Sequence record: LR745208.1
Strand: one strand, 5' to 3'
Length of the DNA stretch: 64,000 bases
Each line of letters starts with the position of its first letter. Position 1 is the stretch's first letter. Of the stretch, positions 45,543 through 52,972 are shown piece after piece. A program made the translations under genes and the position numbers. The notes beneath the pieces are model-generated. The model saw only the letters and a program-made list of their open reading frames with translations, did not search any database and was not told the DNA's origin.

Positions 45543-46189
45543 GTACCAAGCATAGCCGCCGCAAGGAATCCCAAAGTGTTCAGGCCACGCTTCGGGATTG
45601 TTTCTCCCACTGGAAGACCCTGTACCGCACCCGATTGGATGTCATCAATAGCCTTTTCTTCGGGTATGGCAACGGGTATGTGTGGCACGATGGGGCCCTG
45701 GTGAACTGTGAGCCCAACGCATACTTGGAGGAACCCGCCCGAAGGGCCGACGAACTTGAGGAGTATTCCAAGGATCCCAAACTTGCAGGAATTCTCAAAG
45801 ACAAGTTGGCCCACTATGCCAAAGTCGATGCCTTGCCCGAAGGTCCCGTAAAAGGTCCTATGCGGGGTATGTGCCTGATGAGCAAGTACTCCCATATCAT
45901 GTACGTACCCGACAACGTGCGTCCCGACTGGCTGGCTTTTGCCTATGATGCCGCGCATGTCCTCTGTAATTTGCCAAAGCCGCGCCATGCGAAGGGCACG
46001 GGCTTCAGACTGGCCCATGAACGTCTCGCAGAAATACTCGGGGAGCGTCCAATGAAGAAGGCTACCTGGGATGCCCGGGAACTCGCGAAACAGAAGGCTG
46101 CTGACAAGGAAGTAGAGGAAAACCGAAAACTCGGTCGACAGTTGGTGGCCGATCTCGAACGTCGATTCCCACAATTGAGGCACCCATGA
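45539..46189 (+). CDS. Hypothetical protein, paralogue of the next gene
   Basis: Shares TLYRTRLDVI, NGY.W.DG, VP..V.PDWL.FAY and DLERxFPQL with 46186..47031. Confidence 0.75.
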   Translation: MSTKHSRRKESQSVQATLRDCFSHWKTLYRTRLDVINSLFFGYGNGYVWHDGALVNCEPNAYLEEPARRADELEEYSKDPKLAGILKDKLAHYAKVDALPEGPVKGPMRGMCLMSKYSHIMYVPDNVRPDWLAFAYDAAHVLCNLPKPRHAKGTGFRLAHERLAEILGERPMKKATWDARELAKQKAADKEVEENRKLGRQLVADLERRFPQLRHP

Positions 46190-47031
46190 ATCGCTACGGA
46201 GCATCCTGGACCAAGGACTGTGGGGACTACTGGCATGGGACCTATAAGGATCGGTTCCACCCAGTAGTTTGGCAGTTTGGGTCTATTTGGCAGTGCACGG
46301 TGGGCGTTGACTATCCCGGCGGGAAACGGGATGGGACTGTCCATATGTGTCTCCAGTACCAGAAGACCCGAACGGCTGCCATGAAGCATGCGATCGAGTG
46401 GGTGGAGTACTACATTGGGCAGGGCAGTAAACCTCCCGGCGTGGAGGCCACCCTACACGCCTGCTTCACCTATTGGCACACTATCTACAAGACCCGGCTG
46501 GACGTGATTGCCCACATCTTCTCCAGCGGCGGCAACGGCTACGACTGGCTCGATGGGGGCATCACATGCACTAGCCCCGAGGACTACCTCGAAGTTGTGG
46601 CCCGTGAAGCCCAGGAGGCCCCCAAACGGGAGCTGTACAAGCAGTGTGCTGCCCTCCTGGTAAGCCTGGGGGAGGTCTACATGGAGGAACCAGAGCATGA
46701 GACATCCTGGACCCATGTGAGTGAGTCCTCCCTGATCAATCGAGTGCCTGACGATGTGCAGCCCGATTGGTTGCGTTTTGCCTATGAGGCAGCCAAGACC
46801 CTACGGGACCTTCCTGATCCTGACCGGGCCACCCGGGCTTGGAAACAGGCCGAAGAGAGGAACCTTGGGAAGCGATATGACGGCATGGACGACGCCACTT
46901 GGGAAGCACAAACGGCCCGACAGAACGCTTACGTGGAGGGTGCCCTCATCCACAACCGGTTGGAGGGGGCCAGGATTGTTGAGGACCTCGAACGTCAGTT
47001 TCCTCAGCTAGTAGGTGCCCTCCAGGTGTAA
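46186..47031 (+). CDS. Hypothetical protein, paralogue of the previous gene
   Basis: Same shared blocks, plus an extra N-terminal domain. Confidence 0.75.
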   Translation: MNRYGASWTKDCGDYWHGTYKDRFHPVVWQFGSIWQCTVGVDYPGGKRDGTVHMCLQYQKTRTAAMKHAIEWVEYYIGQGSKPPGVEATLHACFTYWHTIYKTRLDVIAHIFSSGGNGYDWLDGGITCTSPEDYLEVVAREAQEAPKRELYKQCAALLVSLGEVYMEEPEHETSWTHVSESSLINRVPDDVQPDWLRFAYEAAKTLRDLPDPDRATRAWKQAEERNLGKRYDGMDDATWEAQTARQNAYVEGALIHNRLEGARIVEDLERQFPQLVGALQV

Positions 47032-47038
47032 CAAACCC

Positions 47039-47587
47039 ATGACCCCCCAACACCTCATGCTGAAAAGTATTGAGAAGGCCCTGGTGGATGCCGGGGAACT
47101 GGCATGCCCCACACATCGGTCCCGCACCACAGGGCGCCTACGGTTCATTCCCGATGCTGAGGGGTTCCGGATCACCACATCGTTCGACCCGGCATTTGTG
47201 CCCGACAACTTGTGCACATCCGCTCGAAGTCGCTTGTGTGTGGGCCATGCTGGGCATCCCCGTAGAGTCCTGGAGCGATACCAGGATATCCTGCGCACAG
47301 CCGGGTTTGATGTGAGGATTGATGGGGTCCACCACTACAAGACCCGCCAGTATGTGTGGATCAACCGGGTCTATGATGAATACGAGAACGAAACCGTGAA
47401 CGATGACGAGCTCATGGCCAAGAAGATCCTTCAGGTCAAGAAGCTGTCTGACGCGGCCAGTGCCTTCGCGGACGCCACCCTCGAATGGGACAAGCTATCC
47501 AACTCTCAAGCGGACAAGAGTGACGTAGCAGCTGCCCTCAGCCGGTTCAAGCGAGCCAAAGAGGCATTCGAAAAGGCCCGGAAGTAA
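47039..47587 (+). CDS. Hypothetical protein
   Basis: TAATG overlap with the next gene. Confidence 0.65.
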   Translation: MTPQHLMLKSIEKALVDAGELACPTHRSRTTGRLRFIPDAEGFRITTSFDPAFVPDNLCTSARSRLCVGHAGHPRRVLERYQDILRTAGFDVRIDGVHHYKTRQYVWINRVYDEYENETVNDDELMAKKILQVKKLSDAASAFADATLEWDKLSNSQADKSDVAAALSRFKRAKEAFEKARK

Positions 47588-47868
47588 TGGCAACTCTCAG
47601 TAGTATCGCGGCCCGCATGGTTGTTGAGGGAGTTCGTCAAATCGGATCTGGGGTGCGGGAGTACCTCCGTGACCAACGAAAGGCAGCTACAGCAAAAAAG
47701 CCTGAGCCAAGGCCCTCTTTGCTTCATGATGCCTTGATTAACCTCGGGTTCAAGGAGCAAGAGGTTCGTGCTGCCCTGGCATCCCCCGAAGTCAAACAAA
47801 CTGCGCATGCACCACTTGGCGATCAAGTACGGATGGCCCTGAAGGTTTTGACGGGGAAAAGAGTATGA
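47587..47868 (+). CDS. Small protein with a RuvA C-terminal (domain III)-like module
   Basis: DALINLGFKEQEVRAAL...GDQVRMALKVL. Confidence 0.7.
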   Translation: MATLSSIAARMVVEGVRQIGSGVREYLRDQRKAATAKKPEPRPSLLHDALINLGFKEQEVRAALASPEVKQTAHAPLGDQVRMALKVLTGKRV

Positions 47869-48491
47869 AGACCCTGGCGGCTAGTACCGGCAAATGGCGT
47901 TGGATTGTGGAGATGTCTTCCATGGTCAACAACGCCGAATATGTGACGCATGTTGAACGGGAAGTCAACTGGAGAACTTTCAGTGAGAACAAGGAATTAA
48001 CGTCCCTTTTCCGCCGTGTTTTTAGCGACTTCTCCTCTAAACCAAAACTCGTGATGTGCCGACCCGTGCTGGCCAGGGAAATCCAGGAGGGCCTGAACCT
48101 TAGTTACATGGGCAGTGTCTGGGACGAGGAAGGGGCTCCCAAGATCACCCACATCCTCGATGGGCTTTGGGCACTTGTCCAACGTATCCAGATTGACATG
48201 GAGCTGTTCAACGAGGCGGGTAGGAACCCCACGAACATCATCAACGAGATCGTTGCCTACAACTACTACGACTGCATGAGTGGTGGGATGCCCACAGGGA
48301 TGCTCCTTGGGTGCAGGTATATCATCGAGACCTACAACTGCGACCTGACCACACCCTGTTATCCTGGCCACGGGGAAAACCCATGGTACACTTTAGGGGA
48401 CTGGATGGATTCTACGAAGGGGGCATCTCTTGAGCAGGTACTGCCCGAACTTGATTTATCCAAGATCCTGGGGCTGCCAGCCGGAACCTAG
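47865..48491 (+). CDS. Hypothetical protein
   Basis: ATGA overlap. Confidence 0.7.
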   Translation: MKTLAASTGKWRWIVEMSSMVNNAEYVTHVEREVNWRTFSENKELTSLFRRVFSDFSSKPKLVMCRPVLAREIQEGLNLSYMGSVWDEEGAPKITHILDGLWALVQRIQIDMELFNEAGRNPTNIINEIVAYNYYDCMSGGMPTGMLLGCRYIIETYNCDLTTPCYPGHGENPWYTLGDWMDSTKGASLEQVLPELDLSKILGLPAGT

Positions 48492-48501
48492 TCGATTTTG
48501 C

Positions 48502-48528
48502 TAAAAAGTTCCCTCCTGGTACCGATAG
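48502..48528 (+). promoter_or_regulatory. Sigma28/FliA-like repeated promoter
   Basis: TAAA-AAGTTCCCTCCTGGT-ACCGATAG. Confidence 0.8.
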
Positions 48529-48545
48529 GGGGTAAGGAACCAACC

Positions 48546-48746
48546 ATGAGCACCCCCGTCCGTCTCGGCTACGTTGAGGAGCGCACCCTGCGGGAACTGG
48601 CTCAAGGTGCCACAAACTGCCCCCACGACAACACCTGGAAGCGTACCGTGCGAGCCCTGGCCAAGAAGGGACTCGCCCGTCCCGTTCCCGGAATGCCAGA
48701 ATTTTATGATGTCACAGAAGCCGGGCGAGTTTGGATGGCCAAGTAG
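48546..48746 (+). CDS. Small winged-helix-like protein
   Basis: TVRALAKKGLA...YDVTEAGR; SD AAGGA. Confidence 0.6.
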   Translation: MSTPVRLGYVEERTLRELAQGATNCPHDNTWKRTVRALAKKGLARPVPGMPEFYDVTEAGRVWMAK

Positions 48747-48986
48747 ATGGAGACCACGATGAGACAAATCCACATCAACGAGACAACGTGGCAGTACCAG
48801 ATCGGGGCGTCCACGGTCAAGATACGCTCTCCTGAAGGAAAGTGCTCCTTCCCTGGCGTAAACGAGGTAAAAGGTGGGGGTGCCGATGTGGAGCGCGGGC
48901 GCCACAAGGGCACGTCTGAGGGGATGGTCAAGCCAAGCGATGTCCGTGCCTACATCGAAACCCACCTCCTGCTGGTAAAAGGATAG
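48747..48986 (+). CDS. Hypothetical protein
   Basis: Abuts the upstream stop. Confidence 0.6.
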   Translation: METTMRQIHINETTWQYQIGASTVKIRSPEGKCSFPGVNEVKGGGADVERGRHKGTSEGMVKPSDVRAYIETHLLLVKG

Positions 48987-48989
48987 GCT

Positions 48990-49829
48990 GTGCAAACCCT
49001 CACGATCATTACCGGAACTGGCGAAAAGTCCCGTTCCTTCTCGGCCATGCTGTTGGGAAGCCTTCAGGCTGACTCCCTGTGGGAAGGGGGTGAGGCCAAC
49101 ACCAAGGCTATCCGTCCCGTGTGGGCACAGTTCGGGACCACCGAGGACGAAATGCGTCCCTTCCTGGCCAATTTTCGGTCAGGTCGCAAGGCCCAGACCT
49201 TGTCCCGACATGGCCACAAGGAGTCCGAGATCGAGCTGCTCAAGACCGCTGGGTACCAGTTTGCCACAACCAAGACCAGTGTAGGCACAGTTGTAACGGC
49301 GTTCCTACCTGACCTATTCCGGATGGACCCTGGCATGGTGGACCCCAAGGGGGTCAGGTTCGTGGTCCTGCCACCTCAGGCATGGCTGGACCAGCAAGCT
49401 GCCCACCTGGACACCAAAGCTGCGGTCACCCATGTGCGTCGTTTCTACAAGCCATCAGCCCTGGGTGTCTCTCAAGATTGGAACCAGAAGGGGACGGAAC
49501 CGGCCCTTGTGGCGAAGCGGGACCAAATCCTGGAAGGGCTCCTGCCCCTGTCCACCCTGTTCACAGCTTACCTGGACCGTCGCACACGGAGCCCTCTCAT
49601 CCCTGATGTGCGCTTCCAACTTCAGCTCCTGGCAGCTGCCCTATCGAACGGTTTTGCATCCCTCCCAGGGGATGGGTACCGTCAGGGCTGGGGCCATGGG
49701 GGGCACCGGTTCAAATTCGATACCGATGATGCCCTGGGGTATGGGACCCCGCTGGCCTTCAAGGCCAACCACACGGACCTGGAGACATTCCTGGCCGAGC
49801 AGGTAGCCATCTTTTTTCAAGGGGCATGA
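48990..49829 (+). CDS. Hypothetical protein
   Basis: 279 aa ORF; SD AGGA. Confidence 0.75.
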   Translation: MQTLTIITGTGEKSRSFSAMLLGSLQADSLWEGGEANTKAIRPVWAQFGTTEDEMRPFLANFRSGRKAQTLSRHGHKESEIELLKTAGYQFATTKTSVGTVVTAFLPDLFRMDPGMVDPKGVRFVVLPPQAWLDQQAAHLDTKAAVTHVRRFYKPSALGVSQDWNQKGTEPALVAKRDQILEGLLPLSTLFTAYLDRRTRSPLIPDVRFQLQLLAAALSNGFASLPGDGYRQGWGHGGHRFKFDTDDALGYGTPLAFKANHTDLETFLAEQVAIFFQGA

Positions 49830-49838
49830 CGAATTCAC

Positions 49839-49865
49839 TAAAAAATCGCCTGCTTGTGCCGATAG
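49839..49865 (+). promoter_or_regulatory. Sigma28/FliA-like repeated promoter
   Basis: TAAA-AAATCGCCTGCTTGT-GCCGATAG. Confidence 0.8.
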
Positions 49866-49882
49866 GGTGTTGAGGCTACTAA

Positions 49883-50071
49883 ATGAACATTGAACAACGC
49901 TATGACCTGATTGCAACCAAGGTGACGCTGGACGGCAGACCCGCCCGTATCTGTGGGGCAAAATGCCAGTTCGCAGTTGTGCGAGCCCTGGACGGGTCCA
50001 CCGGGGACTTTCAGTGGGCTTGGGAGACCGTGGCTCATGTGGTCGCCAATGGGGGGAGGTTTCGGAGCTGA
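49883..50071 (+). CDS. Small hypothetical protein
   Basis: SD GAGG right after the promoter. Confidence 0.7.
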   Translation: MNIEQRYDLIATKVTLDGRPARICGAKCQFAVVRALDGSTGDFQWAWETVAHVVANGGRFRS

Positions 50072-50467
50072 TGCACGACAACAGTCAGACGTGCCTGTGG
50101 TGTGACCGTCTCCGATCACGTACTCATTTATCCCTTGGGATCAAGTCCTTCGGATGAGCCTTATAGGGACCGATTTGACGCTGTGCAGGTGAGGCGCTTA
50201 CGCGCCATACCCCTACAGTAAGCCTCGGGCCAGACGGTGCTGGCTCCAACTAACGGGGATCTCGAAGAGTCTGGGCCCGGAGGCATCGACTAAATCAACA
50301 TCGCCAACACTCTGATTTCAATAGAGTTTTTATGACCCAACCTGTTTTACCCACGGAACGTCCGGGCAAGTTAGGTCCCCCACTGAAACTTTGGTGCTTG
50401 AATCATATTACCCCACTTTCCGGTGATGGTGGGATAAATCGAGACCCCCAAAGGTCGATTTCCATAA

Positions 50468-50641
50468 ATGAGGACAAATGCGTACACTCATTCAACTGTT
50501 GACTACCCCACCGAGGAACCAAAGCGTTACTGCCGGGACTGCACCCGGGAGGTATACCTCTGGCTCGCCACTGGGCTCCAGTTCGATGCCCCCGGTACCA
50601 ACGCTAGTAGGTGGAAGGCCATCTGGGAGATTGCCCCATGA
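50468..50641 (+). CDS. Small CxxC protein (not in the ORF track)
   Basis: Manual translation MRTNAYTHSTVDYPTEEPKRYCRDCTREVYLW... Confidence 0.45.
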   Translation: MRTNAYTHSTVDYPTEEPKRYCRDCTREVYLWLATGLQFDAPGTNASRWKAIWEIAP

Positions 50642-50753
50642 CGCACCGAATGATGTTTGAGGCATTCCTGAAGGTAGCCAATGTGCCCTGGCTGGGGACT
50701 GCCATTTTCACTTTTGGTACACGGGGCAAACTTACCCTGATCCGATTGCACGG

Positions 50754-50872
50754 ATGAGGGGCTACTCCGCCATCGGCCTTCACTTGGCCAAGAACCCACA
50801 CAACGTGGGATCCGCCCTCAGGGCTGCCTATGCCTATGGGGCTACCATGTTGGCCGTGTCGGGTAAGCGAGA
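50754..50872 (+). pseudogene. SpoU/TrmH RNA methyltransferase, N-terminal fragment
   Basis: MRGYSAIGLHLAKNPHNVGSALRAAYAYGA is SPOUT motif 1; interrupted by an antisense HNH gene. Confidence 0.7.
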
Positions 50873-51574
50873 TGCAAGGTGCCACTGTCCATTTATGATG
50901 ATGAATGGTCGCTCAGGAGTTTCTGGGGGTAATTCCCTCTGCGGTTCCGGCTGCATCTTGACATTGAGCATTGAGAAGGTTGAGCGGTTGCCCTTCTTGG
51001 AGTTGCAGCTCAAGCAGGCAATTACGACATTCTCTGGAACCGTTCTGCCCCCCTTGGTCCTTGGGATGACATGATCCACAGTTCGCTTACTCTTGGCGGT
51101 TTCACCAAAGGGCTTGAAGCAATAAGCACAGATTCCAAGGGCCATGTTGTTAGCATCCCTAATGGTCTCCCGCATCTCCGTATCCGAGATACCAGCATCA
51201 TTTTTGGAATCGAGGTCCCGACGGCGTTGGTGCGCGATTGCTGTGACTTCTGGATTTGCCACCACCCAGGCTGCCACCCTGGCCCGGATCTTTTCGGGGT
51301 TGGTCCTGTAATTGGCAGCACTTATAGCTTTGAACTTTTCAGGGTTGGCTTTGTAGTCGGCTGCCCACTTAGCCCGGACCTTCTTGGTGTTGCTCCTGTA
51401 GTAGGCATTACTCCTCGCTTTGTCCTTCTCCGGGTTGGCTTTGTAGGAAGCTTTTCTTGCTGTGCTCCGGCACACTTTACATTGGGCACAATGTCCATCG
51501 TGGCTAGATGTCTTGACGTTAAACTCCCCCAATGGTTTTACGTCCCCACACGTTGAACATTTCTTTTCATCCAT
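50834..51574 (-). CDS. HNH endonuclease with an N-terminal Zn finger
   Basis: CSTCGDVKPLGEF...CKVC; CAYC...TVDHVIPRTKGG...NVVIACLSCNSKKG. Confidence 0.85.
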   Translation of the reverse strand: MDEKKCSTCGDVKPLGEFNVKTSSHDGHCAQCKVCRSTARKASYKANPEKDKARSNAYYRSNTKKVRAKWAADYKANPEKFKAISAANYRTNPEKIRARVAAWVVANPEVTAIAHQRRRDLDSKNDAGISDTEMRETIRDANNMALGICAYCFKPFGETAKSKRTVDHVIPRTKGGRTVPENVVIACLSCNSKKGNRSTFSMLNVKMQPEPQRELPPETPERPFIIINGQWHLASRLPDTANMVAP

Positions 51575-51650
51575 GAACACGGGGGCCTATGGGCACTTTA
51601 CCACTGGGAAACAGGGCACAGAAGCGTAACGAGTGGTTGGGGGAACGAAC

Positions 51651-52205
51651 ATGAAGAACGAAGATGCCAGACTGGGGATGTGTGTCCGGCTCAAGCCAGG
51701 ATACGGTGACCATGATTTCGAGAAGGAAATCGGGAAGGCGTTGAATGTCTCCTGGTCCACGGATGGAGGGAACTACCCGGTCACCGTTAAGGTAAAGTGG
51801 CCTGACGGGACAATCAGGAACTACACCCCTAGTATCCTGATTGAGGATCCCCCACTCGTTGTTTTCACGTCCAAGAACATGGATGGGACCACCTTCGCGT
51901 TTGCTCCTGAGAGCCAGGGACGGGTCCGGGAGGCATTCCCCGACCAACCCCGGTTCCCTGGTCGAGTGTTCGTGGCCCATCCCAACCCTCCCCTCCCCAA
52001 CGCATGGGAACTCACCTACCAGCAAGTAATTGCTTGCATCGAGATCCTGGCAGGCGGGGCCTCCGCGAAGGAACTGGCCGAGAAGTTCGGTTGGGTTTCG
52101 TTCCAGGACCCAGTGTCGGAACAGGAAACCTCGAAGCCCCTGAGCCTGACGGGCAAGAACGAAAAGAACGAAAAGAACGAAAACACGGGACTCCCCCTGC
52201 GTTGA
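51651..52205 (+). CDS. Hypothetical protein
   Basis: SH3-like N-terminus; KNE x3 tail. Confidence 0.65.
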   Translation: MKNEDARLGMCVRLKPGYGDHDFEKEIGKALNVSWSTDGGNYPVTVKVKWPDGTIRNYTPSILIEDPPLVVFTSKNMDGTTFAFAPESQGRVREAFPDQPRFPGRVFVAHPNPPLPNAWELTYQQVIACIEILAGGASAKELAEKFGWVSFQDPVSEQETSKPLSLTGKNEKNEKNENTGLPLR

Positions 52206-52350
52206 CTGTGGAGCCAAGGGGATAAGATGGAGCTGGTTGTCCAGCTTAGCCTGTCCATACCCAGGGCCGAAGCCAAGCGAGAGATCGCTGGGCTGGTCAA
52301 GCTCCTGAAGATGTTCGCCAAGTAATCGGTCAAGTAGCCGTCGATTTCCC

Positions 52351-52377
52351 TTAAAAGTCGCTTCCTCGTACCGATAA
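52351..52377 (+). promoter_or_regulatory. Sigma28/FliA-like repeated promoter (variant -35)
   Basis: GATTTCCC-TTAA-AAGTCGCTTCCTCGT-ACCGATAA. Confidence 0.75.
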
Positions 52378-52393
52378 GGTGTAAGGAAGAGAC

Positions 52394-52972
52394 ATGGCCA
52401 GCAAAATCGTCAAGAATGTCGTTGATCGCTTCCGGGACAAAACAGCGATGGCTGTGGTTCTCCGTGGCGTGGTCAACCATGACTGGGGATGGTTCTCTCG
52501 GGAAGACCCCAGGATGCACCTTCAGACCGTGGACCAAAAATCCCGTGGGGGAAGGGGCCGGGCCAAGGTGTGGTTGGAAACCCAAGGGCAGCGCACTTTT
52601 GAATGGGCCGAAGGCCCCATTTCCGGCCCCGACCGGAAGAAGCTTCAGGCCAAAGTTGTGGCAGATCGCCAGAGCATCGAGGCCCTGTGGGTGGAGTTTA
52701 TGATTAGGAACCGATGGCTCAAAGCTGAGGTTTCTGGATCCATTGTAACACTCACGGCATACCCTGGGCAACACAATGCTTTCGTTCGTAGGATCGACCT
52801 GACCAAAGAGCTCCCTGGGGCCTATGACCCCCAGACTCAACCAAACTGGGCCGAGCAAACTCTCCTAGTCTCCCTCGATCCTACAACCTCCCTCTTAGCT
52901 GTGGGACCCAACCCTGAGATGGATCACCGGGACCATTTTGACCTGGGACCAATCCTCTGGGGGAATTCCTAA
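52394..52972 (+). CDS. Hypothetical protein, DUF4160-like N-terminal half
   Basis: REDPRMHLQ...AKVWLE...SIEALW; SD AAGGA. Confidence 0.6.
   Translation: MASKIVKNVVDRFRDKTAMAVVLRGVVNHDWGWFSREDPRMHLQTVDQKSRGGRGRAKVWLETQGQRTFEWAEGPISGPDRKKLQAKVVADRQSIEALWVEFMIRNRWLKAEVSGSIVTLTAYPGQHNAFVRRIDLTKELPGAYDPQTQPNWAEQTLLVSLDPTTSLLAVGPNPEMDHRDHFDLGPILWGNS

Noticed and set aside
52144-52183. AAGAACGAA x3 tandem repeat (and a 12-bp repeat near 29960-29990)
   Set aside because: Low-complexity coding repeats (KNE, EKAV); not an array
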